The notes under the pieces: generated by a model
Told to the model about the DNA's origin: nothing
Seen by the model: the letters and a program-made list of their open reading frames with translations, nothing else
Database searches by the model: none
Assembly (NCBI GenBank): GCA_029935075.1
Contig: JAOZKZ010000004.1
Location: 1-33,201 of the forward strand
From: Campylobacterales bacterium
GTDB lineage: Bacteria > Campylobacterota > Campylobacteria > Campylobacterales > QNZT01
Reading direction: 5' to 3'
Length of the DNA stretch: 33,201 nucleotides
Made by a program: the position numbers and the translations under genes
Shown here: positions 25,247 to 33,164 of the stretch, piece after piece
How positions within the stretch are numbered: the stretch's first letter is position 1
How the letters are laid out: every line of letters starts with the position of its first letter

Positions 25247-26938
25247 ATGATAACCAACACAGAAGATTTTATTAAGAAAAGCAATATTGTTCATAAAAAT
25301 AAATATACATATAACAAAACATCATACATAAATACACACACAAAAGTAACCATAACATGCCCTGTGCATGGTGATTTTGAACAAAAACCCGTAAATCATT
25401 TAAATAGTAATGGGTGTTCCAAATGCTCTAATAAATACAAAAGAACACAAGAAGAATTTATAAATGAGTGTTTAATAAAACACCAAGGTTTTTATAGTTA
25501 TGGTGATGTGGTATATAAAAACCAAAAATCAAAAATAACCATAACATGCCCTGTGCATGGTGATTTTGAACAAACAGCATCAGATCATCTTTCTGGTTCT
25601 GGTTGTAGTGAATGTAGAAAAATCTATTTATCTAATAAATTTAAAAAGAGTCAAGAAAAATTTATAAATGAGTGTTTAATAAAACACCAAGGTTTTTATA
25701 GTTATTTACATACTAATTACGATAATTCATACTCAAAAATAACAATAACATGCCCTGTGCATGGTGATTTTGAACAAGTCGCCAAGGATCATCTTTCTGG
25801 TTCTGGTTGTAGTGAATGTGCACAAATTAAATTAAATAGACAATATATAAATCAGGGGTCCAATACACAAGAATTTATCCAAAAAGCAAAAATAACACAT
25901 AAAAACAAGTATAATTATGATAAAGTGGAATACAAATCTAGCCAAGAAAAGGTTTGTATTACTTGCCCAAAGCATGGTGATTGGGATACAAGACCAGATA
26001 ATCATATTAATGCAGGCTCTGGTTGTCCAAAATGTTCCAATAATATCTCAAAACCAGAGCAAGATATAGCAGATTTTATCAGGGATAATTACAAAGGAAC
26101 GGTAATTCAAAATGACAGGGTTGTTTTGAATGGTAAAGAATTGGATATTTATCTGCCTGATCTTGGGTTTGCCATAGAATATAATGGGCTGATGTGGCAT
26201 AGTTTCGGTAAACACAAGTCTGAAAAATTTGATAATTATTCTCTTGTACATGGGAATAAAAACAACCACTTAATCAAGACCAAAGAATGTGAAAAAAAGG
26301 GTATTCAGTTGTTTCATATTTTTGAAAATGAATACACCCAGAAGCAGGATATATGGTTGAATATAATCAAGGATAAACTACAAAAAAACCAAAAAATCGG
26401 GGCAAGAAAAACCACAATAAAAGAAATAACCCCGAAAGAACAAAGAGATTTTGAGAACAATAACCACTTACAGGGACAAGGCTTAAGCAGTATACGAATA
26501 GGTCTATTTTATGAACAAGAGTTAGTATCTTTAATGACATTTGGCAAGGCAAGGTTATCAAAAAAATATCAATACGAGATGATTAGATTTTGCTCAAAGA
26601 TAGGGTATACTATTCAAGGAGCAGCTTCAAAAATATTAAATTATTTTGAAAAAAAATACAACCCCTTGAGTATAGTATCTTATGCCAATAGAAGATACTC
26701 TGTGGGTAATTTATATAACCAATTAGGGTTTAAACTAGAGCATACATCCAAGCCAAATTTTTTCTATTTTGACAGGGAATATATACTATATAGTAGACAA
26801 AAATTTCAAAAACATAAACTTAAAAAAGAGTTAGAATTTTTTGATAATAACAAAACAGCCCTGATGAATATGTTTGATAATGACTACAGAGTTATCTACG
26901 ATTCTGGAAATATGGTGTTTGTGAAAGAATATTCATAA
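25247..26938 (+). CDS. Hef-like homing endonuclease (Zn-ribbon repeats, PD-(D/E)XK/Vsr-like domain, C-terminal domain)
   Basis: 4x ITCPxHGD; SKPEQ, ELDIYLP..GFAIEYNGLMWHS, LFHIFENE; NHLQG, RFCS....QGAASK, SYANRRYS.GNLY..LGF, IYDSG. Confidence 0.82.
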   Translation: MITNTEDFIKKSNIVHKNKYTYNKTSYINTHTKVTITCPVHGDFEQKPVNHLNSNGCSKCSNKYKRTQEEFINECLIKHQGFYSYGDVVYKNQKSKITITCPVHGDFEQTASDHLSGSGCSECRKIYLSNKFKKSQEKFINECLIKHQGFYSYLHTNYDNSYSKITITCPVHGDFEQVAKDHLSGSGCSECAQIKLNRQYINQGSNTQEFIQKAKITHKNKYNYDKVEYKSSQEKVCITCPKHGDWDTRPDNHINAGSGCPKCSNNISKPEQDIADFIRDNYKGTVIQNDRVVLNGKELDIYLPDLGFAIEYNGLMWHSFGKHKSEKFDNYSLVHGNKNNHLIKTKECEKKGIQLFHIFENEYTQKQDIWLNIIKDKLQKNQKIGARKTTIKEITPKEQRDFENNNHLQGQGLSSIRIGLFYEQELVSLMTFGKARLSKKYQYEMIRFCSKIGYTIQGAASKILNYFEKKYNPLSIVSYANRRYSVGNLYNQLGFKLEHTSKPNFFYFDREYILYSRQKFQKHKLKKELEFFDNNKTALMNMFDNDYRVIYDSGNMVFVKEYS

Positions 26939-26939
26939 G

Positions 26940-27227
26940 CTATAAGTAATACTCAGGGTATTCCTTGATTCCTTCCTCTTCCGTAAAAAACTTCAAAATC
27001 AGGTTATTAGGTATAAGATGACCCGTTTTCTTTTCTGTGTTGACTAGTCTTGCTAATTTTTGGCTGAATTTTCTCCTGTGTATCCAGAACAACCCATCCA
27101 AGAAATCCTTATGGTAATCGTAGATTTCTTCAGGGGTTTTCCTAAACACAAGAAGATTTTCAAGCCGTTTTTTATAGAGCTTTTTTGATATGGTCTTGAT
27201 AAGATACTTGCCTTTTTTTGTTTCCAT
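26940..27227 (-). CDS. PE-tag array protein (ends EYPEYYL)
   Basis: AGGAG SD; C-terminal tag. Confidence 0.8.
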   Translation of the reverse strand: METKKGKYLIKTISKKLYKKRLENLLVFRKTPEEIYDYHKDFLDGLFWIHRRKFSQKLARLVNTEKKTGHLIPNNLILKFFTEEEGIKEYPEYYL

Positions 27228-27236
27228 TTCTTCTCC

Positions 27237-27485
27237 TTATAAGTAATACTCAGGGTGGTCTTCTATGGGAACTTCTCTTACTAAGTTAAACCTAGCCATG
27301 TCTTGGTCAAGATTCATCGTTATTATATATGCCCCATCATCCCATGTGTCTTGTGTCTTGTTTAATCCAGGGTCAGAGGCATGGACAAATTCTCCTAGTA
27401 TACCCCATTCTATGTGTTTTTTTGATATGATTTTCACCACAGAGTTATCCTCGGTGTAATAAAACCGTTTTGCTTTTATTTCCAT
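27237..27485 (-). CDS. PE-tag array protein (ends DHPEYYL)
   Basis: AAGGA SD; C-terminal tag. Confidence 0.8.
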   Translation of the reverse strand: MEIKAKRFYYTEDNSVVKIISKKHIEWGILGEFVHASDPGLNKTQDTWDDGAYIITMNLDQDMARFNLVREVPIEDHPEYYL

Positions 27486-27495
27486 TTAGTTCCTT

Positions 27496-27735
27496 TCATA
27501 GGTAGTACTCCGGGTATTCTCCTGGGGTGATTTTTCTTATCACTGAATTATCAATAAAAAACTCAAAGTAGTGTAGCTCTTGCTCGTTCAATACACCTTT
27601 TAAGACCTTTTTTATGGTTATGGTCTCGTATTCATCCTTTTGGCAGATAAAACCGTACTCAGGGTTTGTAAAAAGGTAGTCCTGCCGGGGTTCCATATCA
27701 TTGTGTGTCTGTATATCCTCTGGTATATTTGTCAT
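27496..27735 (-). CDS. PE-tag array protein (ends KITPGEYPEYYL)
   Basis: ATGA overlap; C-terminal tag. Confidence 0.8.
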   Translation of the reverse strand: MTNIPEDIQTHNDMEPRQDYLFTNPEYGFICQKDEYETITIKKVLKGVLNEQELHYFEFFIDNSVIRKITPGEYPEYYL

Positions 27736-27944
27736 AGGTAGTACTCCGGGTATTCTCCCGGGGTGATTTTTTTAATCACAATATCATCCTTTATTAACAC
27801 ATACCCTTTGTCTTTACCCTTGATATATAATCGTTTATTCATTAGTCTTGTTATTACACATATATTGTTACTCAGGTGTCCTTCTTTACATACCCAGGTG
27901 AACTCGGCATTTACTAGGTCAAGGGCTTTCATTTTAATACACAT
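27732..27944 (-). CDS. PE-tag array protein (ends KITPGEYPEYYL)
   Basis: AGGAG SD; C-terminal tag. Confidence 0.8.
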   Translation of the reverse strand: MCIKMKALDLVNAEFTWVCKEGHLSNNICVITRLMNKRLYIKGKDKGYVLIKDDIVIKKITPGEYPEYYL

Positions 27945-27966
27945 CTGTTCTCCTATAAGATCTCTT

Positions 27967-28188
27967 TCAAAGAAAGTATTCAGGGTTGTCTTTAACAGTG
28001 ACTCTTTTTACAAGGTCAAAATGATGTTCTTGTTCCCAATACTTGCCTTGTAGGGTAAAAGCATATTGTTTCTCATTGGTGTTACATATTACAGGATAAC
28101 TAATACCGTCTTGTATTTCTGTTACTTGGAGTAGTTCGTTCTGCCTTGTTACATAATACTCATTTACTTTAATATTCATATCTTTCAT
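27967..28188 (-). CDS. PE-tag array protein (ends DNPEYFL)
   Basis: ATGA overlap; C-terminal tag. Confidence 0.8.
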   Translation of the reverse strand: MKDMNIKVNEYYVTRQNELLQVTEIQDGISYPVICNTNEKQYAFTLQGKYWEQEHHFDLVKRVTVKDNPEYFL

Positions 28189-28484
28189 AGGTAGTACTCT
28201 GGGTACAAGGACATCACCATGTCCTTTGCTGTAGGGTGGTTCATAATAATTTTAATGAGCCTGAATGCCCTCATGTCCGCTTCGCCATTGATATCAAGAT
28301 GTATACTCGTTTCTATCTGGTTGGGGTTTTTACATGCTATGTCATCTATCTCAACACTATTTTGGTCTTTGTCCGTGACTATTGCTATGGTAACAGCATC
28401 ATTTGAATCCTCCCCATCATTATACATGTACATTACTATGTCATTTATTTTCACATCGTGCCAGCTTGGTGATTTTGGGGTCAT
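28185..28484 (-). CDS. PE-tag array protein (ends LYPEYYL)
   Basis: AGGAG SD; C-terminal tag. Confidence 0.8.
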   Translation of the reverse strand: MTPKSPSWHDVKINDIVMYMYNDGEDSNDAVTIAIVTDKDQNSVEIDDIACKNPNQIETSIHLDINGEADMRAFRLIKIIMNHPTAKDMVMSLYPEYYL

Positions 28485-28492
28485 TTGTTCTC

Positions 28493-28777
28493 CTATAGGT
28501 ACATCTCGGGGTACTTTTCAATATCAAAGTAAATAAAACTATAATAATCTTTTATATGACTTAGGCTTTTCTTGTGTACTGTCCATCTTTCTCTGGTATT
28601 AGCTGAGTTTGGTCCCCAATCGGGTATATCAATGTCTTTAAAACACACCTCTTCAGGGTCAAGGAAATACATATCACTATTTTTTTCCCATTTCGTTTTG
28701 CCAGTCAGGCTAGAATATTTAATAAGATACATCCCTTCTTTGAAGTCTTTGAACTCATTTATTCTTGTGCCTTTCAT
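28493..28777 (-). CDS. PE-tag array protein (ends KYPEMYL)
   Basis: ATGA overlap; C-terminal tag. Confidence 0.8.
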   Translation of the reverse strand: MKGTRINEFKDFKEGMYLIKYSSLTGKTKWEKNSDMYFLDPEEVCFKDIDIPDWGPNSANTRERWTVHKKSLSHIKDYYSFIYFDIEKYPEMYL

Positions 28778-29130
28778 AGAAAATACTCGGGGTATCGCTT
28801 AATCATACCTTTTGTGCAAAAATTGTAAAAATGTTTTATGTTTTTTAGTTCGTTTTTAACTATGTCTCTGTTGAAATACATCTCATCATCAGTCTCATTA
28901 TACCTATAACCCCTTACGAAAAAATCATTAGGATATCGGCAGAATTCGTTTACTTTATGAAAAATAGTAAACCCTTTGGTGTAATATATGGATTTAGTAA
29001 GCTTTAGGGACAAGTATTCTTGTCCCTTTACTTTTACTATACACATAGGCACAACGGTGTTTTCTGCTTTGACATCCAATAATCCATAGTAATCTGAATC
29101 ATTCAGGCTGAATATTCTATCCTCATGCAT
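28774..29130 (-). CDS. PE-tag array protein (ends RYPEYFL)
   Basis: Early promoter 29156-29178; C-terminal tag. Confidence 0.8.
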   Translation of the reverse strand: MHEDRIFSLNDSDYYGLLDVKAENTVVPMCIVKVKGQEYLSLKLTKSIYYTKGFTIFHKVNEFCRYPNDFFVRGYRYNETDDEMYFNRDIVKNELKNIKHFYNFCTKGMIKRYPEYFL

Positions 29131-29184
29131 CTTAATCCTTCTTTAAATATACCTTATTATACCACAAAAAAGCTTAAAAAGAGC

Positions 29185-29436
29185 TTAAAGGAACCTTTCT
29201 GGGTAATTTTGTATTAACAAGTCTCTTAACATATCATCGGATAACCAAGGGTACTCATGTCCTTTTAAAAAATTCTCGAAGTCTTCTATTGATTTGATGC
29301 CCTTGGTCTCGTATACCTCTATTGTACAGTCTACTTCTAAAGACTTCAGAGAAGGTACTGAGATATTAGATCCAAGGCAAGAGTATTGGTTAACATCACG
29401 GGTATTTATTGATATATCTTTTACTCTGTAATTCAT
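29185..29436 (-). CDS. PE-tag array protein (ends NYPERFL)
   Basis: ATGA overlap; C-terminal tag. Confidence 0.8.
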   Translation of the reverse strand: MNYRVKDISINTRDVNQYSCLGSNISVPSLKSLEVDCTIEVYETKGIKSIEDFENFLKGHEYPWLSDDMLRDLLIQNYPERFL

Positions 29437-29624
29437 AGCAAGTACTCCGGGTGTTCTTTTACAAGGCTTTTATGAGTCATTTTGAACCCCCTGTCATTAA
29501 GCTCCAGCAAGACCAGTCTCATCACGGTGGTAAACAGACCCCTGGTGTAGTCGATAAAATACTCATTGATAAGTTCTTTTTTACTCAGTGTTTTCATTGT
29601 TTTTGTTGTTTGTCTTGACCTCAT
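29433..29624 (-). CDS. PE-tag array protein (ends EHPEYLL)
   Basis: Early promoter 29648-29669; C-terminal tag. Confidence 0.75.
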   Translation of the reverse strand: MRSRQTTKTMKTLSKKELINEYFIDYTRGLFTTVMRLVLLELNDRGFKMTHKSLVKEHPEYLL

Positions 29625-29709
29625 CTTGTTCCTTTGTTCTCTGTTGTATTATACCACAATAACCTTAAAACACCCTTATTAGTTTTATAAATACTATAAA
29701 AGGAGAAGA

Positions 29710-30150
29710 GTGAACACAGCAATAATAGCATTTGAAAAGGGCAATTCGTTTTCCGCCAAGGTAATAAAATACATTACCAAATCAAAGTACAGTCATTGTG
29801 AACTAATCATAGATAATAAGTGGATATCCTCAGACCCTAAAGTGGGCGGTGCTTATGTTAATGACCTAAGACCCCTTACAGACAAATACGATTATATAAC
29901 AGTATATGTAGACGGGGCAACAAAAAGAAAAGCCCTAGGGTTTGCCAATAATCAAGTAGGTAAAAAATACGATTGGTGTGGTGTTTTGTGTACTCATCTG
30001 TTCAAGATAGACAGAGAAAATAACGACAAGTGGTTTTGTTCTGAATTGGTATGTACTTTACTTCAAAAGATGGAAAATCCCCAGGTAAAAGGAGCAAAAC
30101 CAGCAGACCTGACACCACAAGACCTCTACGAGATTTTTAGAGGTGTTTGA
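29710..30150 (+). CDS. Permuted papain-like (YiiX/YaeF, permuted NlpC/P60) enzyme
   Basis: I...T.SKYSHCEL (His first), GKKYD, WFCSELV (Cys second), TP.DL; late promoter 29686. Confidence 0.82.
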   Translation: MNTAIIAFEKGNSFSAKVIKYITKSKYSHCELIIDNKWISSDPKVGGAYVNDLRPLTDKYDYITVYVDGATKRKALGFANNQVGKKYDWCGVLCTHLFKIDRENNDKWFCSELVCTLLQKMENPQVKGAKPADLTPQDLYEIFRGV

Positions 30151-30349
30151 CTTAAAGGATATTTTTATGAAGATTGTATCGTCTTTGGTAATCATGGGTA
30201 TATCATGGATGGTATATACCACGGTAGAAACCAAAGGACACCTCAGGTTAATCGAATACAAACTAGACCAGAACAATATAATCTTACAAAATTTATATGA
30301 AACAAAACAAAACAAAACAAAACAAAACAAGGAACAAAATGACATTTAA
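30143..30349 (+). CDS. Small single-TM coiled-coil protein (possibly lysis-related)
   Basis: TM segment IVSSLVIMGISWMVY followed by heptads; 3' end crosses the AAAAC repeat. Confidence 0.55.
   Translation: MFDLKDIFMKIVSSLVIMGISWMVYTTVETKGHLRLIEYKLDQNNIILQNLYETKQNKTKQNKEQNDI
30300..30330 (+). repeat. Pentanucleotide simple sequence repeat (AAACA)x6
   Basis: Read directly from the sequence. Confidence 0.9.
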
Positions 30350-30833
30350 AAACTACATCAAGCAGAACATACAAGAAGATACAAACAAACAAGAGTTCAT
30401 AGAAAATGTGACCAAAAGCTTCAAGAAGCACTTTCCGAATGGATTTATAAGCCTTAGTGATAAAAGCCAATTTGGGAGTGATTTGATCTCTGGGACTTTT
30501 GGAATGATTGGGAACCTTAAGGACAATACCTCAGGCATCCCTGGTAATGATAAAATGAAGCACTCTTTTATGATGTTTAAGAACCCCGGGACAGAGCCAG
30601 AGACATATAAGTTTGAAGGTCAAGGCAGGATTTACACCAATCCTGAAAAGGGCTCCTTTAATGCCATGGATTCAATCAAGACCAAGTTAGGCAACAATTC
30701 CAAGATTACATTAGAAAAAGCCCAGATAAAATTAGAGAAATTCTTTAAAAAGCTCTCTGGGTTAATGAAAGACAACAAAGATAACATATTCGGTGTTGAA
30801 GATATAGACAAGAAATACCTTGTGTTTAAATGA
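30339..30833 (+). CDS. Late protein with CTS-like leader (MTFKNYIKQNIQE), paralog of 14183..14635
   Basis: AAGGA SD before ATG 30339; homology visible along the whole length. Confidence 0.8.
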   Translation: MTFKNYIKQNIQEDTNKQEFIENVTKSFKKHFPNGFISLSDKSQFGSDLISGTFGMIGNLKDNTSGIPGNDKMKHSFMMFKNPGTEPETYKFEGQGRIYTNPEKGSFNAMDSIKTKLGNNSKITLEKAQIKLEKFFKKLSGLMKDNKDNIFGVEDIDKKYLVFK

Positions 30834-31240
30834 TAAATTTTAAAAAATACCTGAAAGAAGTTGTCAGCCAAGATTGCTCAACAGGTTCAGGGGTAATACC
30901 AGATGGTCCTTATCAAAGTTGGGTAGTCATTCGGACAAACCACCTTGATTCTCCAAGACCACCATCCGAAAGACCAAGAGACTACGGTTGGGAATGTGAT
31001 GATTTTGAAGATGTAGTAACAGCATTTTTGAAAAAACGACCAATGGGCATCAAAGACGGCAAATATCTTATAGAATGGAAAAATAAAAAAGGATATCAAT
31101 GTTTAGTAATGAATATAGACAATAAAAGGAAAGAAATGACCGTTATTACTATGATTCAACTTAACAAAAAATCCTCAGGGGGTTATAATGCTTCAGGGGC
31201 TAAGTTTATAGGGATAGGTAATATAAATATTCCAGACTAA
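30830..31240 (+). CDS. Late protein with CTS-like leader (MINFKKYLKE)
   Basis: ATGA overlap with the upstream gene. Confidence 0.75.
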   Translation: MINFKKYLKEVVSQDCSTGSGVIPDGPYQSWVVIRTNHLDSPRPPSERPRDYGWECDDFEDVVTAFLKKRPMGIKDGKYLIEWKNKKGYQCLVMNIDNKRKEMTVITMIQLNKKSSGGYNASGAKFIGIGNINIPD

Positions 31241-31258
31241 GAGCCTAAAAGGAAAGAG

Positions 31259-31837
31259 ATGAAACAGACTAAACACACAAATGAAAATGTCGTAATAACA
31301 GAAACAACGAAATTTTACGAGGGAAATTTTTTAAAAAATGCCATGAAAAAAGCAAAATCTTTTGTTAAAGACACCTACCGAGATGTCAAAAGAAATGCCA
31401 AAGGGATAATAAAAGACCTTAAGAAGAAATACTCCCAGTCTAAAAAACCAGAGAATTTCATAGCAGGCAAGATGATAGCATTCCAATACAAGGCAAAAGA
31501 TGCCACGAAAAAATACGATGCTTCTCCTTTGGTGATATCACTGGGGTATTCTCAGAACCCTAAATACAGACAGACACACTTCATCGGGTTAAACTGCCAT
31601 TGGCTTCCGATGAACGACAGAGTAAAAATTTCTTCTTTTTTTGTAGAACTAAGCGAAAAAAGAAACGGCAAGTTATTGTATTCTGATGTCAAACCATTCT
31701 TAAGCAAGTTCAAAGGACACCCAGTCCTAAGACAATATATAATAAAAAATGTGGGCCCTAAGGTAATAGAAATGCCTTCTGATGTTTTCATGACAGCAGC
31801 GGCCGTACCATCTGAAAATTGGATGGGTGGAAGATAA
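31259..31837 (+). CDS. gp2: DNA end protector protein (T4 gp2-like)
   Basis: GKM..F.Y.AK....YD..PLVI.L......F.GLN.HWLP...R, ..RQYI...V; adjacent to gp4. Confidence 0.8.
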   Translation: MKQTKHTNENVVITETTKFYEGNFLKNAMKKAKSFVKDTYRDVKRNAKGIIKDLKKKYSQSKKPENFIAGKMIAFQYKAKDATKKYDASPLVISLGYSQNPKYRQTHFIGLNCHWLPMNDRVKISSFFVELSEKRNGKLLYSDVKPFLSKFKGHPVLRQYIIKNVGPKVIEMPSDVFMTAAAVPSENWMGGR

Positions 31838-31842
31838 GGAAT

Positions 31843-31932
31843 TATAAATAAAGTGTAAGTTGATGGTGTCGAAACCCTCTTGATTACCTATAGTCAAGAT
31901 AGCCTTACAAATTCTTCATATAGGAAAACAAA
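31843..31932 (+). ncRNA. Late promoter plus conserved structured leader, copy 3
   Basis: TATAAATA AAGTGTAAGTTGATG GTGTCGAAACCC TCTTGATT-ACCTAT-AGTCAAGA TAGCCTTACAA...ATAGGAAAACAAAATG. Confidence 0.7.
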
Positions 31933-32724
31933 ATGATAATATACAAAGCTACTTCAAACACATCAGGTAAAAGTTATATTGGCGCTACAAGCAGAACCAT
32001 AGAACTTAGACAAAAAGAACATGAAAAATTAGCAAATTTAAACCCCAAAAATAAACATTTTTATTACGCTTTACTAAAATACGGATACAACGATTTTGAT
32101 TGGTGTGTTTTAGAAGAAGCAGAAACACAAGAATTAATGTATATAAAAGAAAAAGAATATATTAAAAAATTTAACACATATTCTAAAGGATACAACATGA
32201 CACCAGGTGGAGAAGGAGGCAGATCTGGAAAATATTCAGAAGATGATAGAAAAAGACTTTACTCTAATAGAAAATATAATTCTGATAGCACGGGCAAAAA
32301 ATCAATGTACTTCTTAGGCATAAATAAGTGTAGATTTGTTGATAAAAAAGATATACCTTATTATCTTGAACAAGGGTGGATGATGGGATCGAAAAAAAGG
32401 TCTCTTAAAAAACATACTTGTAAACTACCACCCAAAAAAAAATATAGTACTAAGCCTTTTTTGACCGGATTAAATAACCCATCTGGGATGATAATAGAAA
32501 TCTACGACAATAATCACAACCTTGTAGTGACCTCCGAAGGGAGTTTAAAAAATGTTTGTAAAAAATTAGGTGTGCCTTATGGTCAAATAGCAAACAGTTT
32601 TAAAACGGGGGTGCCCTTATATCACAATACAAAAGACAATGTGATGACAAGGTTAAAAAACAATGGCAATATAAAATTCAAAGGTTGGTATGCGATTAAA
32701 ATACAAGATAAGGAAAGAAAATGA
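31933..32724 (+). CDS. GIY-YIG homing endonuclease
   Basis: IIYKAT...SGKSYIGAT....R..EH, AL.KYG..DF.W.VLE, KE.EYI....T...GYNMT.GGEG. Confidence 0.88.
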   Translation: MIIYKATSNTSGKSYIGATSRTIELRQKEHEKLANLNPKNKHFYYALLKYGYNDFDWCVLEEAETQELMYIKEKEYIKKFNTYSKGYNMTPGGEGGRSGKYSEDDRKRLYSNRKYNSDSTGKKSMYFLGINKCRFVDKKDIPYYLEQGWMMGSKKRSLKKHTCKLPPKKKYSTKPFLTGLNNPSGMIIEIYDNNHNLVVTSEGSLKNVCKKLGVPYGQIANSFKTGVPLYHNTKDNVMTRLKNNGNIKFKGWYAIKIQDKERK

Positions 32725-33164
32725 ACCGAAAAAGAGATAAGAAGAAACGAAAAAGAACATCAAGATACAAACAAGGGTTTTATAAGCCAATAAATGAAGA
32801 TAAATATAAGCAACCAGTAGACCGCACTATGAACAAGACTGAGTATCCAGAATACCGCTCGAGCTGGGAATTAGCATTTTATAAATTTTGTGATTTATCG
32901 GAAAAAGTAGAGTACTGGGGAACAGAAAGTTTCGCAATCAGATATCTATCACCAAAGGATAACAAAGTTCATCGTTATTATGTGGATATAGTAATGAAAA
33001 TGAAATCAGGGGAGAAACACCTCGTGGAAATCAAGCCAGAAAAGCAGACCCTTGATCCAGTAAACCTGGCGAAATTTCAGGCAGCGGAGGAATATTGTAA
33101 ACAAATACAGGCTACCTTTACCGTGGTCACAGAAAAAAATCTCAAATCTTGGGGGATGATTTAA
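32721..33164 (+). CDS. gp4: Head completion nuclease (T4 gp4-like, TnsA-like fold)
   Basis: G.YKP.N.DKY, YRSSWE..F..FCD, W..E...I.Y.SP.D.KVHRYY.D, LVEIKP, AK..AA..YC......F.VVTE. Confidence 0.9.
   Translation: MNRKRDKKKRKRTSRYKQGFYKPINEDKYKQPVDRTMNKTEYPEYRSSWELAFYKFCDLSEKVEYWGTESFAIRYLSPKDNKVHRYYVDIVMKMKSGEKHLVEIKPEKQTLDPVNLAKFQAAEEYCKQIQATFTVVTEKNLKSWGMI

Noticed and set aside
26940-29624. Integron (attC) or diversity-generating retroelement explaining the array
   Set aside because: No attC-like palindromes, integrase or reverse transcriptase in the window; variation is synonymous rather than adenine-specific
32841-32870. YPEYRSSWE in gp4 as another PE-tag
   Set aside because: Internal, and overlaps the conserved gp4 YRSSWE motif; likely coincidence
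32721-33164. TnsA-like nuclease as evidence of a Tn7 transposon
   Set aside because: Motifs and position next to gp2 identify it as T4 gp4-like head completion protein
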